Shown here piece by piece: positions 35,472 through 44,215 of a stretch of 64,000 bases of DNA. The first letter of the stretch is position 1. Every line of letters starts with the position of its first letter. Source of the stretch: Bacteroidota bacterium (lineage in GTDB: Bacteria; Bacteroidota; Bacteroidia; UBA4408); the NCBI GenBank assembly GCA_016721765.1, contig JADKHO010000002.1:151616-215615 (forward strand), in the 5' to 3' direction. A program made the translations under genes and the position numbers. The notes under the pieces were generated by a model. The model saw nothing but the letters and a program-made list of their open reading frames with translations. It searched no databases and was not told the DNA's origin.

Positions 35472-35700
35472 GAGATTTTAGTGAATTGATAAGTACACAA
35501 CAAATTAAGGCATACAATTTTGCTGATAAAATACCCACTGCGGGGTATTTTTAACAGCGGGGTAATACGTACTTTTTCTCAATAGATATCTTACATGACA
35601 TAGGTAGCTGTTGATTCCATTTAAAAATTGCATTAATGGTTTATTTAAATTAATTTTCCATTTTGTTGGCTGATTTTGTTTTCATACCCAATACCAATTC

Positions 35701-36768
35701 ATGAAAGCTTTAAAAAGAATATGGTCGGAATTATGGTTGCCGATTTTAATAATCCTATTTATTGCCCTTTTTTATAAGCAAATTCTGGTAAGCTTTCCAC
35801 AATGGCTAACCAAAATATACTATCAAAATTTTCCAAGCGAAGAGTTAAACCCCACTATTACTGGGCCTATTGGCGATACTTTTGGTGGGATGTTGGGACC
35901 TCTCATAGCCCTCTTTGCAGCCTTTTTAACGTTCCTTGCTTTTTGGGTGCAGTTTAAAGCCAATGTCGAACAAAAACGAGATTTGCAAATCGAACGCTTT
36001 GAAAATAAATATTATGAATTACTGCGCTTTCACAAAGACAATATTTCTGAAATAAAAATTGACGGAAACGAAGGCATTGTCGAAAAACGAAAAGCATTTG
36101 TATCGATGTACAATGAATTTCGATATTCCTTTTGGTGTTGCAAAGATAAATACGATGAGCTACAGGAATCTGGTCTTTTGCAAAATCAATATACAGAAGA
36201 AGAGTTGGTAAGGCTAGCATATATCTTTTTTTTGGGTGGAGTTGGGGATAATTCCGATATGGTGAGCAAAGCAATCAATAAAATGCCGGCGCATTGTTTT
36301 GAAGATAAATTATTTTTTGCAGTACTTAATTATTTCAAACTCATCAAATCAAAATCCATTCGTCCCGCTTATATTGATGCGGATGGGAATCCTGTTATTC
36401 TGCGTTTACGTTATTTGCCCTGGGGTGGCCATCAAAGCCGTTTAGGGCATTATTACCGTCATTTATTTCAAACAGTAAAATACGTCGATAAGCAAGATGA
36501 AGATCTAATTTCTGATGCTGATAAGATAGAGTATTTAAGAATGCTGCGCGCGCAACTTTCAGATTATGAACAAGTGCTCTTATACTACAATGCCATTTCT
36601 CACTTTGGTGAAGGTTGGCTCGAAAACAACTACTTTACAAAGTATAAAATGATTCACAACATTCCGCTACCATTAGCATCATTTGGTATTAAACCACCCG
36701 AAAAATTTAAAGTAGAAATCGCAAAAGACCCCTCCATATTTGAATGGCTTGAAAATAAAAATGCTTGA
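35701..36768 (+). CDS. putative phage abortive-infection protein (putAbiC-like), membrane-anchored
   Basis: 355-aa ORF with two N-terminal TM helices. GDTFGGMLGPLIALFAAFLTFLAFWVQFKAN...ERFENKYYELLRFHKDNI and LRAQLSDYEQVLLYYN match the putAbiC family pattern as I recall it. Confidence 0.55.
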   Translation: MKALKRIWSELWLPILIILFIALFYKQILVSFPQWLTKIYYQNFPSEELNPTITGPIGDTFGGMLGPLIALFAAFLTFLAFWVQFKANVEQKRDLQIERFENKYYELLRFHKDNISEIKIDGNEGIVEKRKAFVSMYNEFRYSFWCCKDKYDELQESGLLQNQYTEEELVRLAYIFFLGGVGDNSDMVSKAINKMPAHCFEDKLFFAVLNYFKLIKSKSIRPAYIDADGNPVILRLRYLPWGGHQSRLGHYYRHLFQTVKYVDKQDEDLISDADKIEYLRMLRAQLSDYEQVLLYYNAISHFGEGWLENNYFTKYKMIHNIPLPLASFGIKPPEKFKVEIAKDPSIFEWLENKNA

Positions 36769-36836
36769 TTAAACTAGAGCGCACACTGCTACCCAAAAGG
36801 CAAAAACGTGTTATTTAAAAAGCTCCGAAAGAAAAA

Positions 36837-37122
36837 CATTCGCTCGCATCTTGCGAGTGTCAGCTATTAAAAAGCCTCTGCTTCCCAAAAAATCATTCGC
36901 TCGCATCCTGCGAGTGTCAGCTATTAAAAAGCCTCTGGCTTCCCAAAAAATCATTCGCTCGCATCCTGCGAGTGTCAGCTATTAAAAAGCCTCTGGCTTC
37001 CCAAAAAATCATTCGCTCGCATCCTGCGAGTGTCAGCTATTAAAAAGCCTCTGCTGCCCAAAAAATCATTCGCTCGCATCCTGCGAGTGTTAGCTATTAA
37101 AAAGCCTCTGGCTTACAAAAAA
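36837..37122 (-). repeat. REP-type tandem array, five copies of a 57-58-bp unit (inverted half-unit of the 48-49 kb REP family)
   Basis: Unit starts (CATTCGCTCGCA) are at 36837, 36894, 36952, 37010 and 37067. Each unit has hairpins CTCGCATCCTGCGAG and AAGCCTCTGGCTT. The reverse complement aligns to the first half of the 124-bp units. Confidence 0.85.
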
Positions 37123-37132
37123 CCAAGGACTT

Positions 37133-37158
37133 GGTGTAGTTTGCAACTACGCCTTTTT
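37133..37158 (+). terminator. rho-independent terminator; also the left copy of a 15-bp direct repeat
   Basis: Stem GGTGTAGTT/AACTACGCC followed by TTTTT. Contains TAGTTTGCAACTACG. Confidence 0.6.
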
Positions 37159-37212
37159 ATATTCCATCAACGCTCACACATTTTCCAAACTCAATTCACC
37201 AAAAATGTACAA

Positions 37213-37620
37213 TTACAAAAACCCAATACACCCTTCACATCCGCAATTACATCTCAATTTTCCATCATGATGTGTTTCCCCATAATCAGCAGTAAGCTCT
37301 TCGTATTTTTTTATTTCACGTAAGGTGTAAAATTCCACATGAGTGGTAATTATTCTTACGTAAGTATTGGGTTTACAAGAGTGATTTATGTACTTTAATT
37401 TATCTTCATAATTGGTGGCATCCAAAGCAATATCCTCGTTTAACTCAACAATTGCAATTCTCTTGAGCTGCTTTGCCAATTTACGTGCCTTAGCGGTAGA
37501 TATTATTTCACCTGTTAATTCACCTATTTTTCTGCGGGCAGGAAGCTTTGAATAAGCAAATAATCCCTTGCCATCAATTGTGCTTTTTTGTATTCTTAAA
37601 TCAAATTCCGGGAGCGTCAT
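37213..37620 (-). CDS. SET-domain protein-lysine methyltransferase
   Basis: 135-aa ORF. GKGLFA, INHSCKPN and ELTADYG motifs, plus a Cys-rich post-SET tail CNCGCEGC. Confidence 0.8.
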   Translation of the reverse strand: MTLPEFDLRIQKSTIDGKGLFAYSKLPARRKIGELTGEIISTAKARKLAKQLKRIAIVELNEDIALDATNYEDKLKYINHSCKPNTYVRIITTHVEFYTLREIKKYEELTADYGETHHDGKLRCNCGCEGCIGFL

Positions 37621-37701
37621 TTTTAGTTTATTTTTATTTTCATAACGTTGTACAATAGTAAGTATTTGAAAAATTCATTCATCAAATATTTTTTGCACTC
37701 T

Positions 37702-37725
37702 AGTCCTAGTTTGCAACTACGACTA
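37702..37725 (+). repeat. hairpin carrying the right copy of the 15-bp direct repeat TAGTTTGCAACTACG
   Basis: The sequence is AGTCCTAGTTTGCAACTACGACT. The 15-mer is identical to 37137-37151. Confidence 0.7.
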
Positions 37726-37847
37726 ATTAGTAATTCATATTCAAAATGTTTTACTCCATTCAATTGGTAATTATTTTTACATTAGTAGCCTTATACTTTC
37801 ATTTTGAAGATTAGCAACTTGATCCTAAAAAAATAACAAATTGTGTA

Positions 37848-38297
37848 ATGAAATCAATATTTAATAAAGCCGACAACAACGAACTTATCGAAAGAATAAA
37901 AAAATTAAGCCCCGAAACGCAAGCATTATGGGGCAAAATGAATGTGGGTCAAATGCTCATGCATGTTTCAAACCCATTGTTGGTAATGACTGGCGAAAAG
38001 AAAATAAAGTTTACGCTTCTTGGATTTTTGATTGGCAAAAATTTAAAAAAGAAATTCTTGAAAGAGAGAGGATTTGGTAAAAACTTGCCAACGCATGTTC
38101 AATTTAAAGTAACTGATAAAAAGCAATTTGAGGAGGAGCAAGGTAAATTAATTAAATTATTGGAAAGCTTGCAACAAAATGGCCCCGCAATCATTACCAA
38201 AAATAAACATCCTTTCTTTGGCAATATGACGCAGGAAGAATGGGCGGATATGATGTATTTACATGCCAATCATCACTTAACACAATTCGGTGTTTAA
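37848..38297 (+). CDS. DUF1569 (DinB-like) protein
   Basis: 149-aa ORF with WGKMNVGQMLMH and the terminal HANHHLTQFGV. Confidence 0.7.
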   Translation: MKSIFNKADNNELIERIKKLSPETQALWGKMNVGQMLMHVSNPLLVMTGEKKIKFTLLGFLIGKNLKKKFLKERGFGKNLPTHVQFKVTDKKQFEEEQGKLIKLLESLQQNGPAIITKNKHPFFGNMTQEEWADMMYLHANHHLTQFGV

Positions 38298-38366
38298 AAA
38301 TATTATTGCACTTCACATATAACACCCTACACTATTTTTCTCGCTTAGACTGCATTTATATATAAT

Positions 38367-40292
38367 ATGAACTTTTTCGATACTGAAATAAATGCCATTT
38401 CTCACATAACCGACCCGGTTAAAAGGTACGAACGTTTTTTCTCACTCATTTATATTTACATCGATGGTCAACATTCTGAAGTAGTAATTGGGCTATTGGA
38501 AAAATACATTAGGGAAGCCGAAACCGAAAATCAATCGGGTTATGAAGGTATTTTCTATTATAGTCTTAGTTACATTTATTTGAGTTTAGGAAATAAAAAA
38601 TTGTTTCAAGAATGTCAGATAAAAGCCAAGGAAAAGTTTCCAAAAATTAAGAGTAAATCGGCAATCGCCATGTATCACACCTATGAATCAATTGTGTGTT
38701 GGTTTGAAGGAAGAAGAAACGATGGCTTCGACTGTATATTTAAAGCCCTTCATGAAGTAAATGATACGAACTATCATGAAGTAAAAGGATGGTGTCTATT
38801 TACCTTGGCCACCTACCAGTTCGACAGCAATCAACTAGGAGAAGCAGAAGAAAACTACAACAAAGCCCTGGAGCTCTTTAAACAATGTAATGCAAAATAC
38901 GGGTATGCCCGCACCAATAATGGTCTTGCCTCAATAAAAATAAAGCAGGAAAAACTTGTGGAAGCTGCCACCATCTTGAATGAGATTCGCGATATTTATG
39001 TGTATTATAATAAGTTATCCGGACTGTCAAGAGCACTTACAGATTTAGGAGTAATTGAATCTAAATTAGGTCATTACCCCCAAGCACTTGAATTGTTTGA
39101 ACATGCCTATACTATGCGTATTAAAACAGCGAATTTACAAGGGCAAATAACTTCCTTATTAGAAATGGGGCAGCTCCTTATTTCGATGAAGAGGCACGAT
39201 GAAGCAGAGCAAAAATTACTCGAAGCAGCAACCATTTCCGGCAAAAACAATTTTAAAGCAAAAGCATTTAGAGCACATGAATTATTAGCGCAGTTATATA
39301 AGGAAAAAGGAAATTTTGAAACCGCAAATGAGCACTTGGAAAAATACTTTAACTATAAAACACAAGTGCTTGCAGATGAAAGTACTGGGCGTATTAAAGT
39401 CCTGCAAACTCAATTGCGTGCCGAAGAAGCATCAAAACGTGCAGAGTTAGAACAGCAAAACAATATCGAATTAAGGAAAGCCTACAACATAATCGAGCTA
39501 AAAAATACTGAGATCCTACAATCTATTGATTATGCGAAACGTATTCAAAAAACAATTTTACCGAGTATCAAAACGTTAAAAAAATATTTTCAGGATATTT
39601 TTATCCTGTATCGCCCAAAGGATATTGTCGCAGGCGATTTTTACTGGATGCATGCCGATGAAAATAAAATCTATTTTGCGGTGTGCGATTGCACCGGTCA
39701 TGGTGTACCCGGAGCTTTTGTTTCATTAGTCTGCCATCAAGCATTGAATAGGGCTGTGGTAGAGTTTGATTTAACCCATCCGGCTACTATTTTAGACAAA
39801 GTAAACGAACTCGTAATTGATGCATTCTCAAGCAATGAGCATGAACATGAACACGAGCAGGTCAACGATGGTATGGACGCATCCCTACTCATGATTGATT
39901 ATGATAATAAAACAATTGAATGGGCAGGAGCCAACAACCCGCTTTTAATTCTCGACAAATCAGGTAGCGTAGCAATGCTGACTGAAATTAAAGGGAATAA
40001 ACAACCTATTGGTAGATTTCATTTAGTGCAACCCTTCACCAATCATCAAGTTCCATTAATCCCCGGAAATAATTATTACATGTTTTCTGATGGCTATTCC
40101 GATCAGTTTGGTGGCCCAGATTGGCGAAATGGAGGAAAAAAATTCTCTCAAAAGAAATTGCGTGAGCTAATTTTAGCCCAAGAAAGCACTCCCATAAAAC
40201 TTCAAGAAAAAGTATTAGAAGAAACTTTCTTAAAATGGAAAGCAGATGGCGAACAAATTGATGATGTATTAGTAGCAGGGATAAAACTCTAA
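38367..40292 (+). CDS. TPR-repeat protein fused to a SpoIIE/PP2C-type serine phosphatase
   Basis: 641-aa ORF. TPR-like N-terminal half and a coiled-coil linker. PP2C motifs GDFYW, VCDCTGHGVPGA and MFSDGYSDQ. Confidence 0.8.
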   Translation: MNFFDTEINAISHITDPVKRYERFFSLIYIYIDGQHSEVVIGLLEKYIREAETENQSGYEGIFYYSLSYIYLSLGNKKLFQECQIKAKEKFPKIKSKSAIAMYHTYESIVCWFEGRRNDGFDCIFKALHEVNDTNYHEVKGWCLFTLATYQFDSNQLGEAEENYNKALELFKQCNAKYGYARTNNGLASIKIKQEKLVEAATILNEIRDIYVYYNKLSGLSRALTDLGVIESKLGHYPQALELFEHAYTMRIKTANLQGQITSLLEMGQLLISMKRHDEAEQKLLEAATISGKNNFKAKAFRAHELLAQLYKEKGNFETANEHLEKYFNYKTQVLADESTGRIKVLQTQLRAEEASKRAELEQQNNIELRKAYNIIELKNTEILQSIDYAKRIQKTILPSIKTLKKYFQDIFILYRPKDIVAGDFYWMHADENKIYFAVCDCTGHGVPGAFVSLVCHQALNRAVVEFDLTHPATILDKVNELVIDAFSSNEHEHEHEQVNDGMDASLLMIDYDNKTIEWAGANNPLLILDKSGSVAMLTEIKGNKQPIGRFHLVQPFTNHQVPLIPGNNYYMFSDGYSDQFGGPDWRNGGKKFSQKKLRELILAQESTPIKLQEKVLEETFLKWKADGEQIDDVLVAGIKL

Positions 40293-40333
40293 AAGCAAGC
40301 AAATATCACAAAAGCCAACCTTCCAAATTAAAC

Positions 40334-40367
40334 TATCCCCCGCCGGCGAGGGCAGGGGGTGGTTAAC
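40334..40367 (+). repeat. GC-rich palindromic element, copy 3
   Basis: The sequence is TATCCCCCGCCGGCGAGGGCAGGGGGTGGTTAAC. Confidence 0.85.
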
Positions 40368-40408
40368 TCGCATTAGGTTCAATGCTCGCTCACAATTCAT
40401 AAAAAACT

Positions 40409-40442
40409 TATCCCCCGCCGGCGGGGGCAGGGGGTGGTTAAC
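40409..40442 (+). repeat. GC-rich palindromic element, copy 4 (consensus)
   Basis: The sequence is TATCCCCCGCCGGCGGGGGCAGGGGGTGGTTAAC, starting 75 bp after copy 3. Confidence 0.85.
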
Positions 40443-40651
40443 CTCACATGATTAAAGTAGGTGTAAAATTCCTACCTAAAAGCACTATTTCTTATTTACA
40501 AGCTGCTAACGTATTTCTAATTAAATAGCACCACCGACATGCAAATATCAAATCCGCATTAAGCCTGCATTCAAGCATTCTGTAATGGAATAAAAACAAA
40601 CGCTATTACATACATTTCCAACACACTAAATCATTGCTAAATTAATTGTCG

Positions 40652-40659
40652 TACCTTTG
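40652..40659 (+). promoter_or_regulatory. canonical -7 box TAccTTTG
   Basis: TACCTTTG lies 35 nt upstream of the helicase ATG. Confidence 0.4.
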
Positions 40660-40693
40660 CGCAAATTTTAAAAAAGTAATATAATAACAAGTA

Positions 40694-42535
40694 ATGAACA
40701 GATTTGAAGAATTAGGAATTGATGCAAGAGTCGTAAAAGCAATAACAGAATTAGGTTTTGAAAGTCCCACCCCCATACAGGAAGCAACCATCCCTGTATT
40801 ATTAAGCGAGAAAAGAGATTTAGTTGGATTAGCGCAAACAGGAACAGGTAAAACAGCAGCCTTTGGCTTACCAATGGTCGAAAAAATTGATTTCGACAGC
40901 AAAAACACACAGGCACTTATTATTTGCCCTACGCGTGAACTTTGTTTACAAATTACCCGCGATTTACAAAATTTTACGAAATACATCAACGGTGCTCACA
41001 TCGTAGCCATCTACGGAGGAGCTAGTTTAGAAATGCAAAGCCGCGAATTATCTCGTGGTGCGCAAATCATTGTAGCCACTCCTGGCCGAATGGTAGATAT
41101 GATTAGCCGCCGAAAAGTGAGGTTAACAAACATCTCCATTGTGGTTTTGGATGAGGCCGATGAAATGCTCAACATGGGCTTTAAAGAAGATTTAGACAGT
41201 ATCTTATCCGAAACGCCTGCAGAAAAGAATACCTGGTTATTTAGTGCCACCATGCAAAATGAAGTAGCACGAATCGCCAAAAACTACATGAGCAACCCTC
41301 ATGAGGTTACGGTTGGAAAGCAAAATCAAGGTGCCGAAAATATTGAGCACCGCTATTATATCGTGCATGCAAAAGATAAATATGCAGCATTAAAGCGCAT
41401 TGCCGATTTTAATCCTGAAATTTTTGGTATCGTATTTTGCCGTACCCGCATCGAAACCCAACAAATTGCAGAACAGTTAATTAAGGATGGTTACAATGCC
41501 GATGCCCTTCATGGGGATTTATCACAACAACAGCGCGATCAAGTTATGGCGCGCTACCGCAGTAAAACCTTACAAATGTTGGTTGCCACCGACGTTGCTG
41601 CACGTGGAATTGATGTGAACGACGTAACTCACGTTATTAATTACAACTTACCCGACGATATCGAAAATTACACCCACCGCAGCGGAAGAACAGCGAGAGC
41701 AGGAAAATCAGGTGTTTCTATCGTTATCATCAACATGAAAGAGGTAGGAAGAATTAGAATGATTGAACGCCAAATCAGCAAAAAGTTTACACATGCCAAA
41801 TTACCAACCGGTAAAGAAGTATGTGAAAAACAATTATTTTACCTGGTAAATAAAATTCAGGAAGTTGAAGTAAATGATGCCGCAATTGAATCCTTTTTGC
41901 CTAAAATCAATGAAATGTTGATGAATTTAAGCAAAGAAGAGTTAATTAAACGCATGGTTTCTACCGAATTTAATCGATTCCTCGATTATTATAAAAAATC
42001 AGCTGACTTAAATGTAGACGTAAAAAGTGCCGATCGCGACAGGAGGGAAGCACGCCATGATGGAGCACCAACAGGCCGTTTCTTCATTAACTTAGGTGAA
42101 ATGGATGGTTTAAATGTTATTGCACTAAGAGATTATGTGAGTCAGGTTACAACACTGGATGTTGGTAACATTGGAAGAATTGATGTAAAGGAAAAGTTTT
42201 CGTTTTTTGATGTAGAGCCAAAAGTAGCCGAAATGGTAATGGATGCTTTTAAATCACAACGCTATAAAGGAAGAAGTGTGCATTTAGAAATTTCTTCCGG
42301 AATTGGAAGTGGCGGAGGTGGCGGAAAACCGAGAGGTGACCGTGAATTTGGCGGTGGCGGCAAAAGTTTTTCTCGTCCAAGAAGCGGTGGCAGTTCAGGT
42401 AGAGACTTTGGTGGTAGCCGAGGCGGTAACAGCGATCGTGGCGAAAAACCATCTTACGGTGGAGGCTCTAAACGATCTTATTCCGATGGAAATAAATCCG
42501 GAGGTTTCTCAGCTGGCAGAAAAAGAAAATATTAA
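40694..42535 (+). CDS. DEAD-box ATP-dependent RNA helicase with DbpA-like RNA-binding domain and Gly/Arg-rich tail
   Basis: 613-aa ORF. Motifs AQTGTGKT, DEAD, SAT and HRSGRTAR. The C-terminal ~80 aa are GGGG/RG/SG-rich. Confidence 0.9.
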   Translation: MNRFEELGIDARVVKAITELGFESPTPIQEATIPVLLSEKRDLVGLAQTGTGKTAAFGLPMVEKIDFDSKNTQALIICPTRELCLQITRDLQNFTKYINGAHIVAIYGGASLEMQSRELSRGAQIIVATPGRMVDMISRRKVRLTNISIVVLDEADEMLNMGFKEDLDSILSETPAEKNTWLFSATMQNEVARIAKNYMSNPHEVTVGKQNQGAENIEHRYYIVHAKDKYAALKRIADFNPEIFGIVFCRTRIETQQIAEQLIKDGYNADALHGDLSQQQRDQVMARYRSKTLQMLVATDVAARGIDVNDVTHVINYNLPDDIENYTHRSGRTARAGKSGVSIVIINMKEVGRIRMIERQISKKFTHAKLPTGKEVCEKQLFYLVNKIQEVEVNDAAIESFLPKINEMLMNLSKEELIKRMVSTEFNRFLDYYKKSADLNVDVKSADRDRREARHDGAPTGRFFINLGEMDGLNVIALRDYVSQVTTLDVGNIGRIDVKEKFSFFDVEPKVAEMVMDAFKSQRYKGRSVHLEISSGIGSGGGGGKPRGDREFGGGGKSFSRPRSGGSSGRDFGGSRGGNSDRGEKPSYGGGSKRSYSDGNKSGGFSAGRKRKY

Positions 42536-42553
42536 TAACATTTCAAATATTTC

Positions 42554-42588
42554 AAAAAGGATATTGACCAGTTCAATATCCTTTTTTT
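42554..42588 (+). terminator. rho-independent terminator
   Basis: Stem AAGGATATTGA/TCAATATCCTT followed by T7. Confidence 0.7.
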
Positions 42589-42818
42589 ATTATCTGTAAT
42601 TCGATCTTGGCAATCTTCTAAGAGAATTATAAGTTGGCTTGCTTGGGAAGCTGTTCAAATGGCAATTGATGAAAATTAGTCAGCAGGTTTAGAAAGCAAT
42701 TCAATCCGTATTTTAACCTAACTGAGGGTAGTATTCAAAATTTACTATTTAACATAATATTAATTATAATACTAATTTATGATTTGAATAATATATGATT
42801 ATCAGACACTTACTTAAT

Positions 42819-44051
42819 TTACATAATCTGTAAATATAACTTATCTAGCACAGTTTCGGTATCGAAAGTATCCGAATAAAAAGAAAGAATTTTTTGAAGC
42901 ACAGCATCCACAACCGAATCCGGACAAGAAGCTCCGCTTGTTAAAATAACGGTTACCGGATCCTTGGAAGGAAGAAAATTTTCGGTCCTTAAATGCTTTT
43001 GATGCGTAAAATCAAAATGGTGAATAATGTTGGCTGATTCAATTTCACGTTCAGATGAGATAAAAAATGTAGGTAACTTTTTTTCACACAATTCCACAAT
43101 GTGCGAAGTATTGGAGCTGTTATAACCACCAACAACTATGGCCAAATCAGCAGTTTGGCGCAATAAACCATAGGTTGCTTCTTGGTTTTCATTGGTGGCA
43201 TAACACAAAGTATCCCGTGTATCGGCAAAATGACTATCCAAATTTTGGGAACCATACTTTTCCGACATGGTTTGCTTAAAGAATTCAGCAATTTCCTGTG
43301 TTTCAGTAGCCAACATGGTTGTTTGATTGATAACTCCTACCCTATTTAAATCCACTTCCGGATCAAACCCAATGGAGTATTTACCAATAAAAGTATGCAC
43401 AAATTCTTCTTTTGTAACCTTTCCTAGGATAAAATCAGCAACTTTTTTTGCTTCATTTATATCCTTTACAATTATGGTGTGCGAATATTTATCGCTGCGT
43501 GAAAAGGTTGCACGCGTTTCTTCATGATTGTATTTTCCATGAATAATTATGGTGTATTTATCGTCTCCTAACTTTTCCGATTTTTTCCAAACACGCTCCA
43601 CAAAGGGGCAAGTTGTATCGTATTTACGCACATCTATTCCAATTTCACTCAGTTGTTGCTCAATTTTTAAGGTTGTTCCAAATGCAGGTATAATTACAAT
43701 ATCATCCTTTTGTAAATCACTAAAGGGTATCACATAATTCCCTGCAGTGTCCATCAAAAAGCGCGCACCACGGTTCAATAAATCATTGTTAACCTCCGGA
43801 TTATGAATCATTTGACTCAATAAAAAAACACGCTTATCAGGATTTTCTTCAATTGCTTTATAGCTTATTTCAATAGCATTTTCAACACCATAACAAAATC
43901 CAAAATGGCGTGCGATATAAAACCGAACCGGCCCAAAATCAAGCATAGTGGGAGTAAAATCCTTTTTACGCGGATCATTTAACTTCCGCAAGTCTTTCAC
44001 TTTTGAAATAACCGGGCTTTTATAAAAATCGGGTATGTTAAAACTTTTCAT
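42819..44051 (-). CDS. ispH: 4-hydroxy-3-methylbut-2-enyl diphosphate reductase (long form)
   Basis: 410-aa ORF. FGFCYGVENAI, a TTCPFV-type motif and an NSSNTSH motif. Confidence 0.8.
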   Translation of the reverse strand: MKSFNIPDFYKSPVISKVKDLRKLNDPRKKDFTPTMLDFGPVRFYIARHFGFCYGVENAIEISYKAIEENPDKRVFLLSQMIHNPEVNNDLLNRGARFLMDTAGNYVIPFSDLQKDDIVIIPAFGTTLKIEQQLSEIGIDVRKYDTTCPFVERVWKKSEKLGDDKYTIIIHGKYNHEETRATFSRSDKYSHTIIVKDINEAKKVADFILGKVTKEEFVHTFIGKYSIGFDPEVDLNRVGVINQTTMLATETQEIAEFFKQTMSEKYGSQNLDSHFADTRDTLCYATNENQEATYGLLRQTADLAIVVGGYNSSNTSHIVELCEKKLPTFFISSEREIESANIIHHFDFTHQKHLRTENFLPSKDPVTVILTSGASCPDSVVDAVLQKILSFYSDTFDTETVLDKLYLQIM

Positions 44052-44091
44052 GAGTCAATTTAAATGCAAAATTGCTAAAATACTTTCATTA

Positions 44092-44215
44092 TTAGTGCTT
44101 TACAAACTTATAACTGAGCAAATTGCTAGTTTTTGAATAAATTAGACAAGTATATAAACCCTTGGCTAATTCCGAAATATTCATTGTATCACTAGTTTCA
44201 TGTGTTGATCGTTCA
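44092..44215 (-). pseudogene. out-of-frame remnant of a T9SS C-terminal sorting domain belonging to the upstream SBBP/PKD gene
   Basis: The +1 frame after the stop at 44213 reads GRIVNERSTHETSDTMNISELAKGLYTCLIYSKTSNLLSYKFVKH, which is the last half of a type-A sorting domain. Confidence 0.45.

Noticed and set aside
37030-37323. 97-aa plus-strand ORF
   Set aside because: It runs through the REP array and then antisense into the SET-domain gene. It has repetitive, low-complexity translation and no start context.
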